A stretch of 64,000 bases of DNA, from NCBI GenBank assembly GCA_965215015.1, contig OZ244042.1, positions 3,136,001-3,200,000 of the forward strand, given 5' to 3'. The first letter of the stretch is position 1, and each line of letters begins with the position of its first letter. The DNA is from Candidatus Poribacteria bacterium. Lineage in GTDB: Bacteria > Poribacteria > WGA-4E > PCPOR2b. The translations under genes were made by a program, and so were the position numbers. The notes under the pieces are model-generated. The model was not told the DNA's origin. It saw only the letters and a list, made by a program, of their open reading frames with translations, and ran no database searches. Below are positions 30,864 through 40,398 of this stretch, in pieces.

Positions 30864-31513
30864 TGCGACGGCACAAGTTCGGATTCTGGACAGATCAGCT
30901 CCCATATCGCTGGTCACACCGAATCACTAATTTTGTCTTTGATATTCTCGGCAAACTAGAATCTCACGGTAATGAGAATATTCCACGACATGGTGGTGCC
31001 TTAATCTTATGCAACCATCTGAGCTATTTCGACCCCTTCATCATCGGTTCCGCGGCGAGTCGAGAGTTGCACTTTATGGCAAGGCACGATTCCTTTGATA
31101 TGCCGGTGATAGGCAGGCTGATTGCTGCACATAATGCATACCCGGTACGACGGGGCACGGCAGATCGCGCTGCACTTCGACATACCATCTCCCTTTTGAA
31201 ATCAGGAAAAGTAGTCCTCATCTTTCCCGAAGGTACACGCAGTGTCGATGGTACGTTGGGCAAACCCCGTGGGGGTGTTAGTTTCATCGCTCATAACGCG
31301 GCTGTTCCCGCCATCCCCGCTTACCTTAGGGGAACGATATTACCCCGCAATGCGAAATGGATTCATCCTGCCCAACTTACCGTCACCTTTGGTCCCCCTA
31401 TTGATTTCACAGAAGTTCGGCAAATCGAGGATAAACGCGAGCTATATCGGCAGATGGGTGAGCAGATTATGCAGGAAATCGCCAATCTACGGGACAGACA
31501 AACCCACAACTGA
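30857..31513 (+). CDS. plsC: 1-acyl-sn-glycerol-3-phosphate acyltransferase
   Basis: NHLSYFD and FPEGTRS. Follows cmk. Confidence 0.85.
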   Translation: MLMRRHKFGFWTDQLPYRWSHRITNFVFDILGKLESHGNENIPRHGGALILCNHLSYFDPFIIGSAASRELHFMARHDSFDMPVIGRLIAAHNAYPVRRGTADRAALRHTISLLKSGKVVLIFPEGTRSVDGTLGKPRGGVSFIAHNAAVPAIPAYLRGTILPRNAKWIHPAQLTVTFGPPIDFTEVRQIEDKRELYRQMGEQIMQEIANLRDRQTHN

Positions 31514-31572
31514 AAGCATTCGTCACTCACCACCGACCACAAAGAAGATCGTCGTTAATTCCATTTCACATT

Positions 31573-32370
31573 TTAGAACAGGACTTCCGCGATGTCATGC
31601 AAACCCTTCGGTGCCCCCATCACCCACCGTGCCGCACGAATCGCTCCCCGCGCAAGTGGTTCACGGTTTTGACCGCGATGTGTTATTTCAAGGCGATCAC
31701 CCGTACCGACAAATAAGACCGTGTGATCGCCGGCAAGGTCTCCCCCTCGGATGGCATGGATGCCAATCTCCTTCTTGGGGCGGGCTCCAACAATGCCGTG
31801 CCTGCCATACACGCCGACTTCTGGCAGATTTCTTCCTAGTGTTTGAGCGAGGACCTCAGCCAGCCGTAGGGCAGTCCCACTCGGCGAGTCGACTTTTTGA
31901 TTATGGTGTGCTTCAATGACCTCAACGTCGTAGTCATCCCCAAGTACATTTGCAACGAGTTGAATCGCTTGCAACATGACATTGATGCCGACGCTCATGT
32001 TGGAGGCCATCACGCATGGGATTTGAGGGGCGAGTGCGTGCACCTGTGCTAATTCATCTTCATCATATCCTGTCGTTGCGATGACCATTCGCTTTCCGGC
32101 GTCCACGACGTTCTGGAGATGCTCGACGGTTGCACTCGGCGTTGTGAACTCAATCACAACATCTCCCTCATCCAGAATTTTAGGCAGATCACTGGTAACA
32201 GGCACATCGATTATCCCAATTCCGGCCACTTCCCCCACATCTTGCCCGAGTTGCGGGTGTTCAGAGAATTCAATGGCACCGACAATCTGCATATCTTCTT
32301 GTTGTGAAACACCTTGCGTAATCATCTTACCCATGCGCCCACAAGCACCATCAACAATAACACGAATCAT
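31573..32370 (-). CDS. dapB: 4-hydroxy-tetrahydrodipicolinate reductase
   Basis: GACGRMG, EAHHNQKVDSPSGTA, IRGGDLAGDH. Confidence 0.95.
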   Translation of the reverse strand: MIRVIVDGACGRMGKMITQGVSQQEDMQIVGAIEFSEHPQLGQDVGEVAGIGIIDVPVTSDLPKILDEGDVVIEFTTPSATVEHLQNVVDAGKRMVIATTGYDEDELAQVHALAPQIPCVMASNMSVGINVMLQAIQLVANVLGDDYDVEVIEAHHNQKVDSPSGTALRLAEVLAQTLGRNLPEVGVYGRHGIVGARPKKEIGIHAIRGGDLAGDHTVLFVGTGDRLEITHRGQNREPLARGAIRAARWVMGAPKGLHDIAEVLF

Positions 32371-32464
32371 ATGCTTTTCCTCTCTACAATTAGTATCCCT
32401 CAATTTTCGGGCTTCTAGGTCCCATCTTATCGGAGATTGATGCGTTTCTTACACATTTATTCAT

Positions 32465-33424
32465 TTAGTCGTGGCGTCGCAACCAGAGACGCACATAGTG
32501 CCGCCGACGTTCTGGATCGGGATAGTCCTCAAATGCGGTGCGGTTGTGCAGGACCCAGCGATTGTTGGTGAATAGCATCTGTCCGGGTTGTAGGTTGAAC
32601 TCCACCCTGAAATCCGCACGGCGCAGCAACCCTTCCACAACTTCCAGTGCCCTTCTCTGATCAACGGTCAGTGATTTGCCAGCTTGCTCGTGCCCTACTT
32701 GAATGTAGTAGTACAGGTATCGGACGGTCAGTTCGCCCACGCTCCACCGGAAAATCGGGAATTGAGAAGTGGGAGATTGCCTCGCTTTAAACTGTCCTCG
32801 GCGATCAAAATAGAATAGCTGATAGAGGGTTTCGAGGACATCAGGGTGATTTTTCAGCAATTCATTGTGGAGCGCGTAGCCGCTGATCAGCTGACTCTGT
32901 CCGCCAGATTTTGCCGGGTGCAGGCAGAGCAGACCTACAAGGTCAGGCAGCGGCTCGCCAAAGGAATTGTCGTTATGAAATGAGCTCTCGGCATTGGTCA
33001 CTGAAAACCGAGCCCCCTGCGCCACATTCTTGCCCGTATCTCGCACATCGTACAGTAGCGTTCCTTGAATGTTTTGCTCCATGGGAGTACCAAGGAACTG
33101 ACCAATCAGCCAGTACATCGACAGGACTTCTTCAACGCTATACTGTTCGACGGGCACCCGTTCGACAACAGCAAAACCACGCCCAGCATTGAGCGTATCA
33201 AGCACCGGTTGAAGGCATTCGCCGCAGCCATTGGACGATGCACTCAGACGGGAAATCTCTGTAATCGGGCGGGGATTATGCCGCGTGTCACCGATAAAGC
33301 GCTTCAAGCTATCGAGACAATCCTCGGACAGAGGATAGTGCCACGCTGCGGTATCATCAACGGTACTCGCCCGCCAAGCCCGTTCGTCCGAAATGCCATC
33401 GGTCAGCATCTGGGAACCATTCAT
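32465..33424 (-). CDS. TauD/TfdA family 2OG-Fe(II) dioxygenase
   Basis: FHND, LLCL..AKSGG.S, NNRWVLHNR, RRHYVRLW. Confidence 0.88.
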   Translation of the reverse strand: MNGSQMLTDGISDERAWRASTVDDTAAWHYPLSEDCLDSLKRFIGDTRHNPRPITEISRLSASSNGCGECLQPVLDTLNAGRGFAVVERVPVEQYSVEEVLSMYWLIGQFLGTPMEQNIQGTLLYDVRDTGKNVAQGARFSVTNAESSFHNDNSFGEPLPDLVGLLCLHPAKSGGQSQLISGYALHNELLKNHPDVLETLYQLFYFDRRGQFKARQSPTSQFPIFRWSVGELTVRYLYYYIQVGHEQAGKSLTVDQRRALEVVEGLLRRADFRVEFNLQPGQMLFTNNRWVLHNRTAFEDYPDPERRRHYVRLWLRRHD

Positions 33425-33454
33425 TTTTCGCGCCTCCTCACCCCAGATTCACCC

Positions 33455-34252
33455 CTACTCGCTATCCGCCCAAGCACCCTTCGCCATCATCCCACCATCG
33501 ACACAAACGTATTCTCCGGTGATGAAGGATGCTTTGTCACTGGCGAGGAACAGCACGACGTTGGCAATCTCTCTCGGTTGACCAATCCGGCCCATTGGGT
33601 GCGCCTTGCCCCACAGTTTTTTGAGACTTTCCAAGTCCCCTCCCATGAAGTCCACAGCCTCCGCTACCAATGGTGTGTCAATCGTTCCGGGATTGACTGC
33701 CAACACCCGAATATTGTCCTCGGCGTACTCTAGCGCGAGCTGACGAGTCAGGGAGAGCGCACCACCCTTACTGGCTGCATAAGCCGACACGCCTTGCATC
33801 GACTGTAATCCTTGGACGCTGGCGGTATTGATAATAACGCCGCCCCCGCGTTTCTTCATCTCTGGCACACAGTATTTGGTCATGAGGAAGAAACTTTTGA
33901 GATTCACATCAATGATTCGATCCCACATCTCCTCCGGAAATTCATGGGCGGGCAGGTAGCTATTCGCAGGTTGGATGCCGACGTTGTTGCAGAGGACATC
34001 CAACCCACCCCATTCTGACACCGCTGTCTCAACGGCCTCTTGGCATTCGCTGCTGTAGGCAACATCTGCCTTCAGGAAACGAACGGTTCCTTCCATGCTT
34101 GAGGATTCCTCTACGAGTTGTGCCCCTGAGTGTTCGTCCAAGTCCGCGCAGAGAACGCGAGCACCTTCTTCGGCGAAAGCCCGGCTGATACCTCCGCCGA
34201 TACCTCTAGCACCGCCGGTGACAATTACAACCTTATCTTTGAAATCTAGCAT
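33455..34252 (-). CDS. Short-chain dehydrogenase/reductase
   Basis: TGGARGIG, NNVG, YAASKGG, NPGTIDTP, VDGG. Confidence 0.93.
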   Translation of the reverse strand: MLDFKDKVVIVTGGARGIGGGISRAFAEEGARVLCADLDEHSGAQLVEESSSMEGTVRFLKADVAYSSECQEAVETAVSEWGGLDVLCNNVGIQPANSYLPAHEFPEEMWDRIIDVNLKSFFLMTKYCVPEMKKRGGGVIINTASVQGLQSMQGVSAYAASKGGALSLTRQLALEYAEDNIRVLAVNPGTIDTPLVAEAVDFMGGDLESLKKLWGKAHPMGRIGQPREIANVVLFLASDKASFITGEYVCVDGGMMAKGAWADSE

Positions 34253-34356
34253 GATGATATTTCTCCTTTTGTGCCCCAGTGACAGTGTTGAACATTCGCA
34301 GGATTAGATTGTTATTCAGAATAATCATATATTCTTACGCGAGTTGCTAGTAATAC

Positions 34357-34790
34357 GTAGGTTAGAAAACCCCAATTTCATTGAGGGTAGGCTCTACGTC
34401 ACGTTGGCCCATTAAGGTCGGGCAAGATGCCCAACCTACGGGGGTGATGCGTTTTAATATACATATCGTCCGGAAAATACCCGGTGTATTGCGCTACCAT
34501 GTCTGGTGAATTGAACCTAGAGCTATCGCGCGATGTTATTGGTATTTTCGAGATTCAAAGTAACTGGGGCTATGTTGATTTATCGGTTCATCGGTGTAAT
34601 TAATTGAACTTTTGCACGAATGAACTCTTGAACTTGATGGGTTTATGGAAGGGAGGTAGTAGGCATACCTACTACCTTAAACTCCCCCATTTTCCACATG
34701 GAATTGGGGGTTATGGTATACGGAGCCCCGATAAGATCGGTTCCGCTCCGAGGACTCCAATAAATCGGAGGCATCCCGATTTGTTGGGAG
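34357..34790. repeat. Intergenic mosaic of short palindromes
   Basis: AGGTCGGGCAAGATGCCCAACCTAC (34415-34439), GTAGTAGGCATACCTACTAC (about 34656-34675) and CCCGATAAGATCGG / CTCCAATAAATCGGAG / CCCGATTTGTTGGG (about 34727-34790). Confidence 0.6.
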
Positions 34791-34848
34791 ATTCAAACAA
34801 TATGCCTACGCCTAGCAACTCGGATTATATTATACACTATACAACAAT

Positions 34849-35826
34849 TTACACAAATTTTTCTTTGATTTCCTCCTGCAATAGGTCATCCACATTCGCA
34901 CCTGAAGCGATTAGACAGACTGTCTTATTTTTTAGAGCATCGCGCATTTTCAATGCTGCGGCTAAAGGTGCGGCCCCAGCACCTTCGGGCAGGTGCCCGG
35001 TATGATTATAAAAGGCACCCATAGCCTCTTTCAAATCTGTTTCAGAAACTATGTGCATCCCATCAACAACCGCTAGCATTAGATCCACCGCCTCTGGAAT
35101 TGATACCCGTACCGCCATGCCGGTGGCAAAGGTGTCGCAACTGTCCGTATCCACAGCGCGCCGCGCCTGAAACGACAACACCATACAAGGTGCCAAATCG
35201 GATTGGACACCGAGGACCTGGATTGATGGGTTGAATTCTTTGAATGCCGTCCCAATTCCACCAATCAATGCGCCATTCCCAACCGGCACAATAACGACCT
35301 CCACGTTGGGTAGTTCCTGAACGATTTCCCACCCGATCGTGGAAGTCCCGGCGACTATTTCGGGGGACGAACCATCTTCAATAAAGACGGTATCCGGTGA
35401 GAGCGGACGTTGTTGGAGCAGTTCCTTGGTTTCGTCCAAATCTCGACCTATTATTTCTAACTCCCCGCCAAATTGACGAATCAATTCAAGTTTGCTCTGA
35501 TCGCAGTTGATGGGCACACCAACGGTGAGCGGAAGGTTGTATTCCCGACACGCGAACGCCATGGCGGCGCCGTGGTTCCCTGTAGAAACGGTAATAACTC
35601 GCGACACCTCTTTGCCGTTCACAAGCGCGTGGGCAAGATTTAACGCTCCCCGAATCTTGAAGGATCTGACGGGATTCAGGAGTTCATACTTGACAAACAC
35701 GTTGGCGTTTAGGAACGCGCTGAAGGCCCCTTCTTCCTTCAAAGGGGTGGGTTCAACGTGCTGGCCAATAACGCGAGCAGCAGCGATTGTATCCGTATGG
35801 GCGGGACGGAGTTTGGTTTCAGACAT
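34849..35826 (-). CDS. PLP-dependent threonine/serine dehydratase family protein
   Basis: KYELLNP.RSFKIRG, STGNHG, PVGNGALIGG, EGAGA, SGAN. Confidence 0.9.
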   Translation of the reverse strand: MSETKLRPAHTDTIAAARVIGQHVEPTPLKEEGAFSAFLNANVFVKYELLNPVRSFKIRGALNLAHALVNGKEVSRVITVSTGNHGAAMAFACREYNLPLTVGVPINCDQSKLELIRQFGGELEIIGRDLDETKELLQQRPLSPDTVFIEDGSSPEIVAGTSTIGWEIVQELPNVEVVIVPVGNGALIGGIGTAFKEFNPSIQVLGVQSDLAPCMVLSFQARRAVDTDSCDTFATGMAVRVSIPEAVDLMLAVVDGMHIVSETDLKEAMGAFYNHTGHLPEGAGAAPLAAALKMRDALKNKTVCLIASGANVDDLLQEEIKEKFV

Positions 35827-35878
35827 AGTTAATGATTTCCTTCCAGATGTTTGTATATCGCTGCGCTCAATAACCTCA

Positions 35879-38272
35879 TTAAAAACTAGAATACCACATC
35901 CAATCGAATCGAACTCCCCGCTCAGATTCCAAGGGCTTGGATAAGTTAAATCTGAGAGGGGACTCCTGCCCTAACTGTAATCCCATGCCGACGCTCGTCT
36001 TCGGGTCAAAGTGGTACGGCTTGTCAGATATATCCCAGACTTGCCCTTGATCAAGAAACAATATGACAAATGCTTTCATGTTGTTTAACCACTCCCAGCT
36101 GTATGGATTAGGCAGGCAGTAGAAATATTCCAAATTGAGTAGGGAGACGTGATCACCTGCAAACGCATACAGTGGATAGCCGCTAAGCGTTCCTCTGCCT
36201 CCAATAATAAATTGGCGTTGAATTGGCAGTGCACTTGTGGCAGTGCCCAACACCAACCGTGTGCGGATAAGATTGTCCCCTCTTGAGGCAGCATATCGCA
36301 GCTGTAATTGGAATCGCGTAAAATCAAAATCGGAACCGACAGTGGGGTTGCTGTGTTCAATGAGCAGGGTATTGTGCCAACCGAGGTTCCTGTTTCGCCG
36401 CGTGTTTAAATCGTATCCCAATGTGACACTTCGCAGCCGGCCGGGGGTTATTGGTGGGTTGTCTTCCGCCTCCGATTTTGAACCCCAGTTACCGAGTTGC
36501 CAATCCGTAGTTTTTTGTAGACTCTCATGTGATTCTGCACGCATCGTCAACTTGAGCGCATGAGTTGGCCCTACCGGCTCCCATCGGAACGCCATCTCGA
36601 CACCTTCGCTCAAATAGTAGTTATGAAATCCAAGTGCCAAAAAAGCATCTGACACACCGTCATAGTGCGGGAAGAGTTCAGGGGCAATGGCAGCTGTAAC
36701 GCGATGGATTTGAGCGGAGCCCCCCAGACTCGATATGTCCGGTTGACCCCAAATCATATCCCCGCCCACCCGATAATTGAGATATTGATTTCCGAACCCA
36801 TAGCCGACCTCGCCAAAGAGTTTTGAAAGATGTGCTCTAACGGAACTGGGGACGTTCCACATCCAGAGGGGGCCTATCTGCCCCCGTTTTCCCACTTCAA
36901 GGTGAGCACCAAGCAGCCAACCGGTAACACGATTAAACCTAACAAGCGGAGCCGGATGGAAATAATAGTCGGAAGAGAGCGTTTTTTCCACAACAGTAAT
37001 TACTGCAACGCGCCTCGTGCCATCATTCTCAAACTGTAGGGAAACCCGACTAAAGTAGGGCAGGGCGTTTCTCAAATTGTCAATCGCTTGTTGGATATCC
37101 TCAGGTCCGTTTTCAAGGACAGCTTGAATCTCCGCTTCACTGATTTTCTGATTGCCTTGAATCCGGACTTCGTGAATCGGATCCCTCGCGGCAGTCCAAA
37201 GCCCCGTGGATGAAGAGGTCCGCAAATGTCTCTTATCCGGTTGAGCTATGACGATAATTGTTGCGATACGTCTCGTGTCGCCCCCCTTAATTTCTACGAC
37301 GACCCGATTTAAGTCAGGCAAGGGCAAGTTGGCAATCGCTTTTACGATATCCTCAGGTCCGTTTTCAAGGACAGCTTGAATCTCCGCTTCACTGATTTTT
37401 TGATTGCCTTGAATCCGGATTTCGTGAATCGGTTTACCCTCAGAAGTCCGAAACCGTGTTGGGGTAGCTTGTTCCTGTGTGATTCCATCGAGGGGCGTCA
37501 TTGATGTAGTTGATGAACTTCCCGTATCCGGCTGCGCTGTGACAACAATTGTTGCGACGCTTTTGCTACCTTCTGTATCAATCCGGACCGTTAGCGTCTG
37601 AATATCCGGAAGCCTGCTACGCAAGGTTGCCATAGCCGCGATGAGCTCATCCGGACCTTCCTCAAGCACTGTTCTGATTTGCGGTTCAATGGTTGTCTGA
37701 TTCGCTTGAATTTGTACCTCATGAATCGGGGCGCCTTCGGGCATCCGAAGCAAGGTTGAAGTAGATGTGCTACTGCGCCGTGCGTCGAATGTGCTCAGTT
37801 CAGGTATATCAATGCCAGCTTGATTCAGATTACCTACGAGCTCGCTGACCTGTTTTGGCGCGAGCCAACCGTCTATATTTATGAGATATACCGTCTTTCT
37901 GTTTTTGACAATTATAAAAATACCGATAACGGTTTCGCTTTGCGTGAGGGTATATAGATAACAGTTCGCGCTTTTTTCTAACGCGCTCCACCCTTGTATT
38001 TTCAAGTTCGTTCCGTAATAATCGAGCATCTTGCCAAAATGACGAGCCTTGTAGGTGCGGAGATGTAGGTGATTCAGCGTGCTGAATAGCGAAACGGTAT
38101 CGGCGTCCATGTCTTCCATAACCAATGCAACGGTACTGCGGTCTAAATCAAATCGAAACTCGACAAAGGGCTCGTGGGGATAATCAAACGGGACAAGACC
38201 ACTTTGTGATTGTGCATTTGCCGCGCTACTAAGTATGAGGAGCGAAAGGGAGAGAAGCGTGAAGGGTCTCAT
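35879..38272 (-). CDS. Outer-membrane Omp85/BamA-TamA-like protein: signal peptide, DUF4252-like domain, 3 POTRA-like repeats, beta-barrel
   Basis: Sec signal peptide, three I(H)EVxIQGN(A)Q repeats, FNRVTG, F.IGG.GTLSGY, FLDQG.VW, and a C-terminal Phe. Confidence 0.7.
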   Translation of the reverse strand: MRPFTLLSLSLLILSSAANAQSQSGLVPFDYPHEPFVEFRFDLDRSTVALVMEDMDADTVSLFSTLNHLHLRTYKARHFGKMLDYYGTNLKIQGWSALEKSANCYLYTLTQSETVIGIFIIVKNRKTVYLINIDGWLAPKQVSELVGNLNQAGIDIPELSTFDARRSSTSTSTLLRMPEGAPIHEVQIQANQTTIEPQIRTVLEEGPDELIAAMATLRSRLPDIQTLTVRIDTEGSKSVATIVVTAQPDTGSSSTTSMTPLDGITQEQATPTRFRTSEGKPIHEIRIQGNQKISEAEIQAVLENGPEDIVKAIANLPLPDLNRVVVEIKGGDTRRIATIIVIAQPDKRHLRTSSSTGLWTAARDPIHEVRIQGNQKISEAEIQAVLENGPEDIQQAIDNLRNALPYFSRVSLQFENDGTRRVAVITVVEKTLSSDYYFHPAPLVRFNRVTGWLLGAHLEVGKRGQIGPLWMWNVPSSVRAHLSKLFGEVGYGFGNQYLNYRVGGDMIWGQPDISSLGGSAQIHRVTAAIAPELFPHYDGVSDAFLALGFHNYYLSEGVEMAFRWEPVGPTHALKLTMRAESHESLQKTTDWQLGNWGSKSEAEDNPPITPGRLRSVTLGYDLNTRRNRNLGWHNTLLIEHSNPTVGSDFDFTRFQLQLRYAASRGDNLIRTRLVLGTATSALPIQRQFIIGGRGTLSGYPLYAFAGDHVSLLNLEYFYCLPNPYSWEWLNNMKAFVILFLDQGQVWDISDKPYHFDPKTSVGMGLQLGQESPLRFNLSKPLESERGVRFDWMWYSSF
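37081..37432. repeat. Intragenic direct repeat of about 100 bp, period 252 bp
   Basis: 37081-37180 versus 37333-37432 differ at about 5 positions. Confidence 0.9.
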
Positions 38273-38416
38273 CTACAATCTCCTGGGTGCTATTAGGCAA
38301 GTTAAAAAGGTGAACGCAGCCACTGTCTCTCTTTCCTACTACGTCCTCCGCATCGTTATTCGCCGGTTTCAGCCATTGAAAACGATGCGAAGGAAATATT
38401 GGATTTGTAAATGGTA

Positions 38417-39832
38417 TCAGTTATTCAAAAACTGTTTCGCCCTTTCATATACCTCTTGAGCTTTCCCATACGAGATGGCTGCGGCTTTTGCTGCGGCAAC
38501 CAAGTGGCGCAAACGGAGTGGAGGGCGGGTTGTGTGGAACTCTTCAACCGTTGCCTGATGGTGCTTCAACGCGTGCATCTCTGTCGCGTTATCCCGGCAG
38601 ACAATTTCGGTGAGGCGGGTGATTAATGCTTGCGGCCTATGTTCTAACTCTCCATACTTTGCCGTTAGCGTTGCTGCAGCGTCAACGTCATTGGCAGCGA
38701 TGGATTCCTCGATGGTAGACAACAGTTTGCCTTGGGATTGCTGGGGAATTGCAGCCACAGCGTCGGGAGAAGGATAAGGTTCGGCATCAATACGTTCTTT
38801 CGCATTTCTGACCTCAGGTCCCGAATTCCATAGCAGGAGGGCTAATATCTTATTTTCCTTACAGAGACCGTTGACCCGCAGGGTATGACGCCTCGCATTG
38901 ACGCCGGTGTGCATGTGGACATCCATCGGATTGCTAGTATCCAAGCGCAAGAAAAGGTCCGAGGCAGCGAGCGAAAGTGCTTCACCGGCTCCCTCTAAGG
39001 AAAGCCCGTCCGCAAGTGCTTGGGCAGTCGTTTCAGGGATGTCAGCGAAGGCGCAGTCATTCAACCCTGCACGCAATTGAACGATAGCTTCGGTTTCATC
39101 GGCTCCTGTCGTTTGGCGCAGCGGGGTGGAAAGTAGTTGATATTTCTCAATCAACTCGGTAATTTCTTTCACAGGTTTCGCTGAAGGCGGCTGTGAGATA
39201 TAGCGTACGGGCCCACGGGTGAGCACCTGAAGGTATTCCCAGTCGAGCCATTCGAGTAGCCGCCAAGTATAGATTGGATAGATGAATTTATGGTCATCCA
39301 TCAGGTTCTTTGGAGTGGCAACCGTCAGCAGTATATCCAATGCTTCTTCGTGCGGCACGTTTTGAACGAGCCACAGAAAGTGATGGTCAGCGTCGTTGAC
39401 AGAACCACGCCGCACCGCGTCAAAGAACGCCTGTTTGGTCCCCTCAACGCCACCGGCATTAAGCGGTTCAAATGCTGGCAACAGATAGGGGCCCATAGAG
39501 GGATGATGGATATGCTTATTGGCTAAAGAGACGTTTTGCACCACGGGTAGAAAACGATTGTCTCCAGAAAGCCTTGAGGCTATCTCTTTCACCGCATGTA
39601 TCCCAGAAACGGGATGCATGTGTCCGCCGTGATGACCCCACTGCCCGTTCACAAAGAAAGGCATCTCCGATGAACGGACGACAGCCAGCGCAGAGGCGGT
39701 ACACATCTCCTTTATCGAAACCCCAGCGTGGAGTTTTTCTATCGTCTTTTCCACAATGTCTTCAGGCGCAGTTTCCTCTATAAATTGCACCTGAGGTTCT
39801 ATAGTATCGGGATATTGGACACTCGCGTACAT
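38417..39832 (-). CDS. Hypothetical His-motif-rich helical protein
   Basis: 471-aa ORF with an AAGGAGG RBS and motifs HHGGHMH, DDHKFIYP, DVHMHTGVN, EMHALKH. Confidence 0.75.
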   Translation of the reverse strand: MYASVQYPDTIEPQVQFIEETAPEDIVEKTIEKLHAGVSIKEMCTASALAVVRSSEMPFFVNGQWGHHGGHMHPVSGIHAVKEIASRLSGDNRFLPVVQNVSLANKHIHHPSMGPYLLPAFEPLNAGGVEGTKQAFFDAVRRGSVNDADHHFLWLVQNVPHEEALDILLTVATPKNLMDDHKFIYPIYTWRLLEWLDWEYLQVLTRGPVRYISQPPSAKPVKEITELIEKYQLLSTPLRQTTGADETEAIVQLRAGLNDCAFADIPETTAQALADGLSLEGAGEALSLAASDLFLRLDTSNPMDVHMHTGVNARRHTLRVNGLCKENKILALLLWNSGPEVRNAKERIDAEPYPSPDAVAAIPQQSQGKLLSTIEESIAANDVDAAATLTAKYGELEHRPQALITRLTEIVCRDNATEMHALKHHQATVEEFHTTRPPLRLRHLVAAAKAAAISYGKAQEVYERAKQFLNN

Positions 39833-40086
39833 AACAGACCTCCTTTTGGAGTTCTAGATGAGACGATTCACACCGTACGATTTCCAATAGGTTCATTATG
39901 AAACTGAGACGCTATAGATGCTATCACAATATGGAACAGAAGGCAATAGAAATATGCGAGCAAAGATTTCCAGCCCGATTAAGACAGAATAATCGCAAAC
40001 AGTAGCGTGAATGTCGCTCGAGGTAACATCTATCCTCTCCTTTTAATCTTGCGGATTTAATCTGTGGAATCCTTTAATCCGTTTAA

Positions 40087-40310
40087 TCAGCGATCGACTT
40101 TCAACTGTCCCCACCAAATCAGTTCGCGATGGCGCGGATTGACAGCAGTTGGCTTCCGCTCCCTACAACACCAATCCGGGGAAAATCTATTGCCTTCATG
40201 GAGCTGGGTTAACCGGACCACTTCTTGTGAAGCGACCGTGATGCGATAGAGGTAGATTTCTGCCGCCTTCTGCCGTCGAGGGAAACATGAGGTTGATGTT
40301 GAGCTGGTCT
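40087..40310 (-). pseudogene. 3' relic of a TolB/PD40-like protein with a C-terminal AV..P...WG.LK tail
   Basis: 40260->40087 reads EIYLYRITVASQEVVRLTQLHEGNRFSPDWCCRERKPTAVNPRHRELIWWGQLKVDR*. No start codon in this frame. Confidence 0.5.
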
Positions 40311-40398
40311 CGCATTTCCCAAGAAGCGTTTGATGTAGTGGGTGTAACTACAGTTGTCCCCGGCACTTCTGCTAATCCTATCTCAATGTTAGGAGACG

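Noticed and set aside
31242-31919. 225-aa + strand ORF (and the similar 33065-33733 ORF)
   Set aside because: These overlap well-supported genes (plsC/dapB; TauD/SDR) off-frame or antisense and show no recognisable motifs.
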